Shown here piece after piece: positions 53,431 to 63,029 of a stretch of 64,000 nt of DNA. Source of the DNA: Perkinsela sp. CCAP 1560/9 (taxonomy: Eukaryota > Protista > Euglenozoa: Kinetoplastea). The notes beneath the pieces are model-generated. The model made no database searches and was not told where the DNA came from. It worked only from the letters and a program-made list of their open reading frames with translations. The stretch lies in NCBI GenBank assembly GCA_965644495.1, contig CBFFSA010000003.1:496001-560000 (forward strand), read 5' to 3'. Both the position numbers and the translations under genes were made by a program. Positions within the stretch are counted from its first letter, which is position 1, and each line of letters opens with the position of its first letter.

Positions 53431-54210
53431 ATGAGTTTTGCGCGATCTTATATTAAAAGAGGGCGAGTCAATCGTTTCCTGGAAAATTGGAGCCAACGGT
53501 GGCTTACGGAAGAACTTAACCACTTGGCACGAAATCGCGGATGGGAAGAAGCAATAGAAACGTTTTGTTCATCCACAAAAAATGGTTTTGTACAACCTAA
53601 CGTGTACCATTATACAACTTTGCTCTCTGCTTGCGTGAAAGCAGGACATTGGCAAAAAGCTTTGGCATTTCACACTGAACAAATATTAAAGGGGGTTAAC
53701 GATAACGAGCGCTCGTATGCCGTCGCTTTAGAGGCCTGTCGCGCAGGAAAACGTCCTGATCTTGCTCTTCGATTGTTCTATACAGCCAAAGTGTGTGGAA
53801 AGCCAGAACTTAATGCTTATTGTTTCACCGCTATTATGTCCTCATTAGCAGAGAAACAAGATTGGGAAACTGCGCTATCGATTTTAAACGATATAGATAC
53901 TCCGCGCGCTTGCTTGAATGTTTTCGTTTATACTGCAGCGATTCATGCTTGCTCCCGCGGAAACCAGTGGAAAGCGGCTATGTCAGTCTTCCGAAGCATG
54001 AGAATGAAGAAAATAGAACCGACCACAGTTTGTTTCGGAGCTATCGTGCAATGCTGTGTGAATTCTCTTCACGTCGAAAAAGCTTTGCACGTAGTCGCTC
54101 ATATGGTCGCTCGTGGTTTTCCTCTCACCACCCATATCCAGCAAATTCTGCGAGATGGTATGCATTTAGACGAGTGCCAGTCCAAGGAGCAAGATCGGTT
54201 GCGATGCTGA
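53431..54210 (+). CDS. Pentatricopeptide repeat protein (about 5-6 PPR units)
   Basis: PNVYHYTTLLSACVKAGHWQKAL, NAYCFTAIMSSL, NVFVYTAAIHACSRGNQWKAAMSVFRSMRMKKIEP. Confidence 0.9.
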   Translation: MSFARSYIKRGRVNRFLENWSQRWLTEELNHLARNRGWEEAIETFCSSTKNGFVQPNVYHYTTLLSACVKAGHWQKALAFHTEQILKGVNDNERSYAVALEACRAGKRPDLALRLFYTAKVCGKPELNAYCFTAIMSSLAEKQDWETALSILNDIDTPRACLNVFVYTAAIHACSRGNQWKAAMSVFRSMRMKKIEPTTVCFGAIVQCCVNSLHVEKALHVVAHMVARGFPLTTHIQQILRDGMHLDECQSKEQDRLRC

Positions 54211-54532
54211 CAAAGTATCAGGAAAGGATCATATTTCTATTTAGCAAATGATTTGTCGACGCATTCGTTCTGCGAGTGTGATTTTGATTGAGTACTATCG
54301 CGAGTATTATTTGTGTGTTATAGGACGTCTTTCTTTACTGAAAAGAATAGCGGACGGAATTTGCACACAACTTCATAAAGCATTTGTTTTATAGAATGTC
54401 ATGTCTGCTGAATGTTTTTTCTCTGGCTTCATTACACGATAAGCATGAGGCCTTCACGCTCCATGATCAATACAACTTGAAGATATTGAGTGTTGAGCAT
54501 CCTGATTATTTGGTCATGAATTGCTTCAGTGA

Positions 54533-56428
54533 ATGACGTTGCCCATGAATGTCTTGCATTTTTTAGGTGTTCGGAATGCATCTATCAAGGCAATGCTGCC
54601 AAACAGGATAGTGAAACATTTTCCATGCAGGTTTCTGTCTTACGACTCCTCTCAACCACCGGAGAGCTCAAGCTGTGATGATGAATCAGCTGGAAAAAGC
54701 AAAGTATTTTATGATATTGCAACAGGGGAATGTCTGCTGTGTCATGTTCGCTGCCCGCAGAATCTTCCGGAACACCTTTCGGAAACGAGTCATGGTGCAG
54801 CAATCGTACTGTTTCGTATACTACTCCAACATTGTCAAAGGAATTATGAGGAATGGTTCCTTGCTGAAGTAGAGTACAACTTTAGAAAGGCTTTTCCCAA
54901 CAGCATATTTTCTCGGAATGCTTCAATGGGGGATATTGATTCGCGAGCTGAATCTTTGAGAGCTGCAATCAAGTTTCTTAAACAGTGTGGCGTACTAGAC
55001 TATAGCTTGCGTTTGCTTGCGGTCAATGAGTTTCAAAAAGCGTTTATGTTCTCCGGCACAAGCCAGCTGGATCGTTTTGAATGGGTTGGAGACGTTGTCT
55101 CTCGTCGACTCTACAGAAAAATGACAGATGCAACACTATTTTCGTATACGGGGAGAGGGATAGGAGCTTTGCTTGATTACTTGCAGTCTAATGAGGGGCT
55201 TCAAAAAACGTATTCTTTATTAGATTTAACATCTTTGATTCTACACGGACACAAGCGCGATCGCGACGCGCCAGTGAAATTTCCTACTGGAAAATTGATG
55301 GCTGATGCCGTTGAAGCACTTCATGGCGAACTCACTACCTACTTGTATAGCACTGAAATGCAACCACTTCATTTTTCACATCTCCCTTCTTTGCTCTTGG
55401 AAGACCGAGTCCTGCACACTATCGCCTGTCATGTATTGCATGAGCTTGTCTTTATGGTTTTGCTGTTACACCTAAGGTCACTTATGGTGAAGGTACAACC
55501 TTTCTTTAGACATTATCGATCACTATGTACTGCTTCAGTTTCTACTGTGGAAAAACGACTACGTATCTTAAAGCCAAACATTGGAGCCCCACAGATTGTT
55601 CCCGTATGCAAACTTTTACATCGATTAGCAGCTGCATGTTGCGAATATAGAAACGCCACACGTACCTTACTTGAAAGAAGCATCTCATGGTTCTACACCT
55701 TGAGAAGAAGAACACATCTTTCATTGAATGGCTCACCCCCAGATAATACTTTGGACACATTGGAAGATCCTATAGTTCGTACGGCAATAACGCAACACCG
55801 GCGGCTGCAAAACGAGCTATCCCTTTTAACCCCTGTGGCCGATGTTGCCTATGCTCTCTCTATGCGTAGCGTCCCTAGAAAACAGGGAACGAACACCCGA
55901 CGTTTCGGTGAATCCTTCGAACCTCTTGGGTGGCACCAAAGTTTTTCTGTACCACACTTTATTGCCGTAGTCTTCTACAATCCTGCGACGGAGAGCAATA
56001 AATCCCAACCGGTGTATGGCATACAAAAGTCATCGTATCGAGCAGTAACGGACGTTATTCATTCATCTCCAGAATTCCCCATTTGGCGCGTTATTTATAG
56101 ATCGCACCTTGTATGCCATAAACGTATTTATCCCTTACTAGTTCCCTCACGCTATATTTCAACCCGACGATTTTCTGATTTTGCCTCTGAAAAAGCAGAT
56201 CTATACACACGTTTTGAGGAAATCAAAGGCGCTGGAAATAATTTTCCTTTTCGTTGGGCATGCTTTCAGCGGCGTCCGTGTAGCGCGCGCAAATTCATCT
56301 TGAATAGTATGGTACCATTTACCACTTGTGCCGCCAATTCTCATTTATTGAAACTGCCACATATTGACTCAATCTCTCCACTTTTGAGGCATCGTACCGT
56401 GTACGGTGTCAGCAAGAACGTGGACTAG
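54533..56428 (+). CDS. U1-type zinc finger plus RNase III protein, KREN-like RNA editing endonuclease (paralog A)
   Basis: C-x2-C-x10-H-x5-H (CLLCHVRCPQNLPEHLSETSH); RNase III signature DRFEWVGD and KLMADAVEALHGEL; presequence-like N-terminus. Confidence 0.8.
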   Translation: MTLPMNVLHFLGVRNASIKAMLPNRIVKHFPCRFLSYDSSQPPESSSCDDESAGKSKVFYDIATGECLLCHVRCPQNLPEHLSETSHGAAIVLFRILLQHCQRNYEEWFLAEVEYNFRKAFPNSIFSRNASMGDIDSRAESLRAAIKFLKQCGVLDYSLRLLAVNEFQKAFMFSGTSQLDRFEWVGDVVSRRLYRKMTDATLFSYTGRGIGALLDYLQSNEGLQKTYSLLDLTSLILHGHKRDRDAPVKFPTGKLMADAVEALHGELTTYLYSTEMQPLHFSHLPSLLLEDRVLHTIACHVLHELVFMVLLLHLRSLMVKVQPFFRHYRSLCTASVSTVEKRLRILKPNIGAPQIVPVCKLLHRLAAACCEYRNATRTLLERSISWFYTLRRRTHLSLNGSPPDNTLDTLEDPIVRTAITQHRRLQNELSLLTPVADVAYALSMRSVPRKQGTNTRRFGESFEPLGWHQSFSVPHFIAVVFYNPATESNKSQPVYGIQKSSYRAVTDVIHSSPEFPIWRVIYRSHLVCHKRIYPLLVPSRYISTRRFSDFASEKADLYTRFEEIKGAGNNFPFRWACFQRRPCSARKFILNSMVPFTTCAANSHLLKLPHIDSISPLLRHRTVYGVSKNVD

Positions 56429-56848
56429 ATCGCTGTGAGAATTATAGGAGTTCCTTAAAAGAGTTCGTAACGCAAATGTGTATGTAAACAAACAAGAACT
56501 GAAAGTGTTGAGTGTAAAATACTAGAAAAGGATACCCAATAATATTACGAAGCAAAACTAATAGAAAACCGTAAAAAATAATATATTTTTTTATTTGTTC
56601 AATATTGGGTCAATGCCCATCACTGTAGGTAATCAAAGAAGACAGCCTTAGATCATTACCCTTTGCAAACTTAACAACAGGTTCTTTGCTCATTAAAAGG
56701 TTATTTTAACGATTTATAATTTTTGACCTTTGCCCGCTGATTTCTATCGCTATGCTATGGCTATTTGCAACGAGCATACCTACATGTATACCCTGAGAGT
56801 CTCGGAGCATTACGTTCACAAAATGAAGAAACCACAAGTCTTAGAACA

Positions 56849-58615
56849 ATGAACATGCGCGCTCTGTGCATACAGCGAGCATTGTCGATTACGCGTCCCG
56901 TTTTACAACCCTCCGAGATGTACGTCGTTCGAGTTTTGCCTTTTTTTTCGAACGTTCGACATTATGCGTCACCTAAAACAACGAGTGAAGCCCGTCCAAA
57001 ATTCGATATCCCAGATTACATGCTTGAAAACGACACGTCATTCGAAGGGTATCGAGCCAATATTCAACCCCGCCGTGAATATGAAGATAAAGAAAAAGGT
57101 TTCTGCCGACTTTGCCAAGAAGCGGCTCCGGACTATACAGAACACACATCCTTCAATGTTTTTCATATCGTGAGACAAAGTTTAGTTCAATCTATTATGA
57201 ACGTGAATCATCAGTATCCATGGGTGAATCCAGAAGATATCATAGAATCGTGGTGGCCTCCGATTCGTGATTGTAAGAATTTCTTTCGAATACCACATCT
57301 TAGTTCAGAGCTACAAAGTGAGAGGAAGAAGAAGCTATTTAAACTCCTTCGCTTCATGAAGAGGCAAGGTGTGCTTAAGAGTTGTTTTTCTGTTATGGAA
57401 GCTCGGGGCTCGGAGAGGGGTGGCTCGGGGTACGGGATAACATTTCAAGCATCACGTAGTACAGCTTTTGAACGTTTTGAGTGGATAGGTGACAACGTGA
57501 TGAAGTCTTTATTTTACAACCGTTTAGCCGAGTTAAGCACTAAAGGCAAGTACCGTATTAGCTACTACCAGCACTGCATCTTGCTTCAAGGCAACGAACC
57601 TCTACGTGATGCTTATGATTATTTAAGTTTTGAAAAAATTGTACTAGATGGCATACCGCGGGATGCGAAGTTTGCGCCTCCAGTGAGTAAGACAAAAGCT
57701 GACATTATGGAGGCGCTTTTTGGGGAGCTTCAGGCTTATTTGTGGTCTACTCACAGCGCCATAGGCGTTGATGCTTTATTTCATCCCGTATCCGTCGAAA
57801 TACGAGCGTTATATTTTATTGCGCTGCATGCAATGCACGAATTGTGCACGGTTATGATTTTAGAGATGTTATACAGTATTGCAGACAAAGTTATGCCATT
57901 TCTGCATAAACTCAGGCGAGGAAAACAAAGCGTGCGATTTCTTTCCTTGGACAAACATACGGATATAAACAAATTAACAAGGAATGTAGGGAAGGATATA
58001 GTGATAAGGTACCCAGAGCCGGTGTCGCGTCCTGAAAGATTCATAAGACCACAATACTGGAAGGATCCGATAGCAGGTTTAATAATTTTTTATCATGGGA
58101 GGACCGCTAATACAATTCTACGGTATACGCAAGACGTACACCCACGTCGTAATCCTGTAGCGAAAAAACGCTCCGTGAACACTATTCTACTACGAAAAAT
58201 GACGGAAAAATATCCCCAAAAGGTCAATCTAGCGAAGCCTTGTTCCACACGACCGGTGTTAACCAACTTTCCTCGATTGAGATTCATTTCTCATGTTTCA
58301 CTGCGCTTGAGTAGTGCACAGTGTAATTCACACAGTGGAAGGAGAATCCCGTATGCATGCGGTGAGCCTTATAAAATGGAACCTAGTTGCAGGATACGGG
58401 CGCCATTCATTTTGTTCCATGAGATCATATTACCTTCTGATGTTTCGAAAGCGTGTAAAATAAGAAACATACAACATACCTCTGGTCTTCATCCCTATGG
58501 AAAGTTTGTCCACGCTTCTCTTAGTGTTTTGCCAATTCCTCGTTGTATGGCTCCATCGGTATCGAGTCTAAATCTATCTGGAACACATCATGCCCAGTAC
58601 GACATCAGAGCTTAG
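56849..58615 (+). CDS. U1-type zinc finger plus RNase III protein, KREN-like RNA editing endonuclease (paralog B)
   Basis: C-x2-C-x9-H-x6-H (CRLCQEAAPDYTEHTSFNVFH); ERFEWIGD and KTKADIMEALFGEL; presequence ending VRHYAS. Confidence 0.82.
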   Translation: MNMRALCIQRALSITRPVLQPSEMYVVRVLPFFSNVRHYASPKTTSEARPKFDIPDYMLENDTSFEGYRANIQPRREYEDKEKGFCRLCQEAAPDYTEHTSFNVFHIVRQSLVQSIMNVNHQYPWVNPEDIIESWWPPIRDCKNFFRIPHLSSELQSERKKKLFKLLRFMKRQGVLKSCFSVMEARGSERGGSGYGITFQASRSTAFERFEWIGDNVMKSLFYNRLAELSTKGKYRISYYQHCILLQGNEPLRDAYDYLSFEKIVLDGIPRDAKFAPPVSKTKADIMEALFGELQAYLWSTHSAIGVDALFHPVSVEIRALYFIALHAMHELCTVMILEMLYSIADKVMPFLHKLRRGKQSVRFLSLDKHTDINKLTRNVGKDIVIRYPEPVSRPERFIRPQYWKDPIAGLIIFYHGRTANTILRYTQDVHPRRNPVAKKRSVNTILLRKMTEKYPQKVNLAKPCSTRPVLTNFPRLRFISHVSLRLSSAQCNSHSGRRIPYACGEPYKMEPSCRIRAPFILFHEIILPSDVSKACKIRNIQHTSGLHPYGKFVHASLSVLPIPRCMAPSVSSLNLSGTHHAQYDIRA

Positions 58616-59033
58616 TAGCTGAAAAGGATGTTGGCCAGTATTTTTCGAAGTTTACGGAATACGGTCGCAAAAACCCCACACTACCGTCTGACCTTCACAC
58701 TACGCATATTGTCTTTAGGTCTAGTGTTTTACTTTGATTATTCCCCGATGCTTCATCCGTTCTCAGATCTATCTTTTGATAGACTAAAAGGCGTAATCGT
58801 AAAAGGACGTAATCGTGAGTGCCTTTATATTCCATGATTTTAGAAACGGCTACATGTAACAATATTTTCGGCTTCTTTCTTACGAATAGTATGTGAAAAA
58901 CATTCAGTGAATGATCCACGTTCTTTGCTCTATCAACATTATGCTCTAGACGGTAAGAAACACTAGCTGACATTTTAATGTACATGTAATTCATAATTTT
59001 ATTCCCACAAGGTGTTACAAAAATGAAAAGCAA

Positions 59034-60056
59034 ATGGAAGTAGACCCAAGTTGGTTCTTTCCTACTATAAGGACCACAGAGTTGAGAAATAATGATTCCC
59101 AATCGGAAGGTACTCCAGAAAACCGGACAAGTGGTATTCTCATCTACGGGCCTCGTGGAATAGGAAAAACTTCGCTAGCGTTTCAGCTAGCCTTGCATCA
59201 CGCTGTTCGGGGCCAACGCGTAATCTATTTCTGTAATCAACAAAGGCTACACGACAATCCCCCTAGGTGGTCCGCACCGCTGGGCGTGAAGGTGAATGAG
59301 AGCGCGCTCTCACGTATCAAATTTAAATACGTAGCGAGTTACCGGCAGATTCGAACTGACTTAGCCAGTTTGTTGCTAACTGACCATTTAAGTTCGTCGC
59401 CTTTAGATCACAGTCTGGAAGAATGTGTATCAGACAACGAGTCTTCGGTCCGTGAGCACGACTCAAATTTTCCACTAAGAGACTCTAGCCTGCCGACCCT
59501 AATAATTTTAGATCACATTGATTCTTTAGAAAATGATTCTAGCCAAGCAAACATGAGTTATCCCACCAAAAATAGAGAGCTAGTGCGAACAGTTTCTCAA
59601 TTGTATCATTTATCCCATTCACTGTGTCGTCTCGAAGAAAAAAATATGTGTTTCGTCGTTTGTGAGGACAGTCCAAAATTAAAATATACTCGTGATCTGA
59701 ATCCTGAATCTGGTAGCAGGATAGTGGACTCAAAGTCTTCTTTGCACTCTCGCCTGATTCATTTGCCCTGCATAACGCACATGCTGCTCTGTGAACACGC
59801 ATCCATGAGTCACTGTCCATCCAAGGTATCACGTGAGGCAAGAGAACCCAAGAATACTTTTATCGAAGATATTTCTACCAATTGGGTGGTAAACATGAGC
59901 TTTTTTTCTATCAGAGTTCCACCGTGGGAACCAGGAGAAGAGTTTGTGAGGAAAGATTTCTCTGAACGTAGAACCAATAAAGCATTTCATGGTTTATTGT
60001 TTCGCGCCAGATACGAAATACTAGCACAGTCTTTGAAATTACTATCACTTGACTGA
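59034..60056 (+). CDS. RecA/Rad51-paralog ATPase, SWSAP1-like
   Basis: ILIYGPRGIGKTSLAFQLAL, QRVIYFC, LSRIKFKY, Walker B PTLIILDHID. Confidence 0.65.
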   Translation: MEVDPSWFFPTIRTTELRNNDSQSEGTPENRTSGILIYGPRGIGKTSLAFQLALHHAVRGQRVIYFCNQQRLHDNPPRWSAPLGVKVNESALSRIKFKYVASYRQIRTDLASLLLTDHLSSSPLDHSLEECVSDNESSVREHDSNFPLRDSSLPTLIILDHIDSLENDSSQANMSYPTKNRELVRTVSQLYHLSHSLCRLEEKNMCFVVCEDSPKLKYTRDLNPESGSRIVDSKSSLHSRLIHLPCITHMLLCEHASMSHCPSKVSREAREPKNTFIEDISTNWVVNMSFFSIRVPPWEPGEEFVRKDFSERRTNKAFHGLLFRARYEILAQSLKLLSLD

Positions 60057-60441
60057 TGGAAAACGTCTTTTTCTGCGTACTCCTTTGTTTTACCTTTCAA
60101 ACGCTGGCTGCTATTCACTACTACGCCCCTGGCCCGATTCTGTCAAAATCTAGCCCCTTGTATGTTCTCTCCTTCTAAATGTTCACCTATGTTCACCTAT
60201 CCCTAAAAACGTGTATTGTAAAAACAACCTGTGTCCCCTTCATCTACCCAACACCCTCTTCCACCCTCACCTTACCCCTCTACCCCACACCCTTTCCCTA
60301 CTCTTTATTAACCCCATTATTGAAATTAAAAATAAAAAAATAAGTAAAATATTCTTTATTAACCCCCTTCCCGCCTCCCTCCCTCTCTCTCCATGACACC
60401 TTCCCGCTAACCCAACACCCCCTACCCCCTCCCCCTCCCCC

Positions 60442-62121
60442 ATGCCACCCTCCACCACCCTCCTCTCCCCCTCCCCGGACCCCTGCCTGTGGTCCCCCCT
60501 CCCCCCCGCTCCCCCCGGAACCCCTCCTACCCCCTCCTGTCGCTACCACCCCGCGACCTGTGCCACCGACGCCTTACCCCTTCCCCTTCCCCCTCCCCTC
60601 TTCTTCTTCTTCCTCTATGGGGGAAGGGACCCGCGACACGGACGCCTGCTCGGGGACGGCTGGTGTTTTGCGGGGGCCACCCAGCACTGGCATCGACTGG
60701 GGAAGGCAAGACACCGGTGGAACCCCTCCCCCCGGGCGCTGGCCGCGATGTGTTACCACGGCCCGAGGGGAGGGGGTGGGGGGGAGACGGAGACGACGGA
60801 AGAAGATCGAGGTGGGAGAAACCGAGTTAAGGAAACCTCAGGGTCTCCTCGATTCCCGGAGGGTGCGGTGGTTTACTTGTTTGGTGGGCTGTCGGAGCTT
60901 CAAGTGGGGTTGTCGGATTTTTTTGAGCTGATTTTGCCGACGGAGGAGGAGGGGGAGAGTGGAGCAACGGATGGGGAAGGCGTAAGCAGGAGAGATTCTG
61001 GGGTAGGAGAGTGGATGCCGATTCGTACGTTTGGGAGGTCTCCGCCTGCCATGACGGGGCACTCGTTGACCTCATGTGAGGTTGATGGTTGTGTGTATCT
61101 GTTTGGTGGGATTTGCCTTTCCGCGGTCAGAGGACGTAACAAGGCGCGTAGGAGTCATGGGTCGTGCTATAGCTATAAGTGGACGCCTGCCCGGTGCTGG
61201 GAGGAGTTGTCCCCACGAAAAGCGCAGTCCGATCCTTGTCGACGAATGGGGCATGCTGTGACATTTCATGCAGACCGTATGCTCATGTTCGGGGGTGTTT
61301 CTGAAACGCACGAGATACTGAATGATTTGTGGCAGTATAATGTTACTAGTTGTTGTTGGACACCCTTGGGTGGCATAGGTCCATCGGGGCCTCCTCGCGC
61401 GTTCGCAGGCTCTTTCGTTCTGGAATCTCGCTTATTGGTCATGCTCGGGGGTGTTAATACTGTGACTCACGATAACTACCCCAGGGCCGCATCACGAGGG
61501 AATGTGAAGGGGCGAGAAAAGGTGCACGCTACCATGACATACTTTGATCTAGAAAAAGAAGAGTGGTTGGGCACGTGTGGCTCAGTTGTGCTCGCGGAGC
61601 CAAAAACGTCTGTATTTTGTTATCCCCAGTCAATTAGATTTTTTTCGCGAAATGAAGCACGAGGTTTCACTCCGATGTTCTCTTCTAATACTGGTTCGCC
61701 TACGTACATACTGGTTGGATTGCTTGTTGGCAAGAATTTAACTGCCTGCGGGGCGGTAGCATTTGCTCCACATATCTCGTTGGATAGTCTGCTTCATCTG
61801 CTTGATCAACACATCCAATCGAAACATGTGGATAGTGTGACAGAAAATCAAAGAGTTCGAGTCAAAGAGAGTTGCTCGGAGGATACTACATTTGACAAGT
61901 CAGCAAAGAAACCGCGTGTTACCATGAAAATACTAACAACTTCGCCACAACTTGATTCAAACAATTTCTTCGAGGAAAATAAGACAGAAATTCCCCCTTT
62001 TAAGGATACAACTTTATCTCGCTCTTCAAAACAAATTAATAATAGAGAGCAAAAAATTCCCAACAAAATTATTACAGAAAATGAATCAACCAACGTAGAC
62101 ATACTTAGTACTCTGTTGTAG
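60442..62121 (+). CDS. Kelch-repeat protein; true start uncertain
   Basis: Repeated FLYGG, YLFGG, MLMFGG, VMLGG units with W-x-P-R spacers (PSPRALAAM, PPAMTGHSL, RRMGHAV, LNDLWQY). Confidence 0.85.
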   Translation: MPPSTTLLSPSPDPCLWSPLPPAPPGTPPTPSCRYHPATCATDALPLPLPPPLFFFFLYGGRDPRHGRLLGDGWCFAGATQHWHRLGKARHRWNPSPRALAAMCYHGPRGGGGGETETTEEDRGGRNRVKETSGSPRFPEGAVVYLFGGLSELQVGLSDFFELILPTEEEGESGATDGEGVSRRDSGVGEWMPIRTFGRSPPAMTGHSLTSCEVDGCVYLFGGICLSAVRGRNKARRSHGSCYSYKWTPARCWEELSPRKAQSDPCRRMGHAVTFHADRMLMFGGVSETHEILNDLWQYNVTSCCWTPLGGIGPSGPPRAFAGSFVLESRLLVMLGGVNTVTHDNYPRAASRGNVKGREKVHATMTYFDLEKEEWLGTCGSVVLAEPKTSVFCYPQSIRFFSRNEARGFTPMFSSNTGSPTYILVGLLVGKNLTACGAVAFAPHISLDSLLHLLDQHIQSKHVDSVTENQRVRVKESCSEDTTFDKSAKKPRVTMKILTTSPQLDSNNFFEENKTEIPPFKDTTLSRSSKQINNREQKIPNKIITENESTNVDILSTLL

Positions 62122-63029
62122 TAGTTTGGTCTTGTCACCAACATAATTTTTGGAAAAACAGGTAAAAATTTTGCACTACCATTTTTACCTTCTCTACACA
62201 GCATCCTCTGGATGAACATGTGGAGCCTTTTCTTTTTTGCGATATGTCATTTAAGGCGAGAACGATGAATCTATAGACGGGCAATTAGTGGTGCTTGAAG
62301 TCTGAACGTGGAAGTAAGGTGACGCATGTATTGGAAAATGATTCGCGGGTGCACAGATTCAGCTCCGGGTTGCAGTAGAAGTACAGTGAAGTATCTTTTA
62401 GTGAAGTAATCTTTTTCCAATTTATCTGTGTCGTTGCTATGTTGAAATAACACAGGTACGGCTCGCGTGCTGCAGCAATCGTGCTATACTCGAGCTTCTT
62501 ATGGAGACTTTCGTTCGTGCTATTTTCGCTTCGTGTTCATTTCCAAATTTGCGCGCGGCGAGGCAAGATGCAATTCTGGTGCGGTATCATTCTGGTGCTG
62601 CCAGTATCATTTTTAGTGTATTGAAAATACTATATCTGGTCCCTCTCATGGCCTATGCCATCCCGTATTAATTGGTATGACATCACCCTTATTTTTCCCA
62701 ATTATAGTATCTTCCGGTGCTTTTAATGTATGTAAACAACGAATCGCATGTTGACACTCTTCTAATTTACTCTTCCTTTTAGCAAGACAAGAAAACCAAA
62801 GTCCTTAATTATGCCCTCAAAATTTGAACCATTGATTCCGTTTAGAAAAATAACAAAACCTAGGACACTGATCTTTTCTCCATCTTTTCATCTTCCTTCT
62901 CGCTCCCACCCTCCATGCCCCATCCCCCCACCCTCATTCCGCTGATCACCACATTGACCATGACCCCACCCTCCCCATCGTAACCTAACCAACCACCAAC
63001 CACCCCCTCTCTCTGCTTCGTACCCCTCC

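Noticed and set aside
54533-58615. Dicer or bacterial RNase III
   Set aside because: Single RNase III domain preceded by a U1-type zinc finger and presequence; no helicase, PAZ or second RNase III domain
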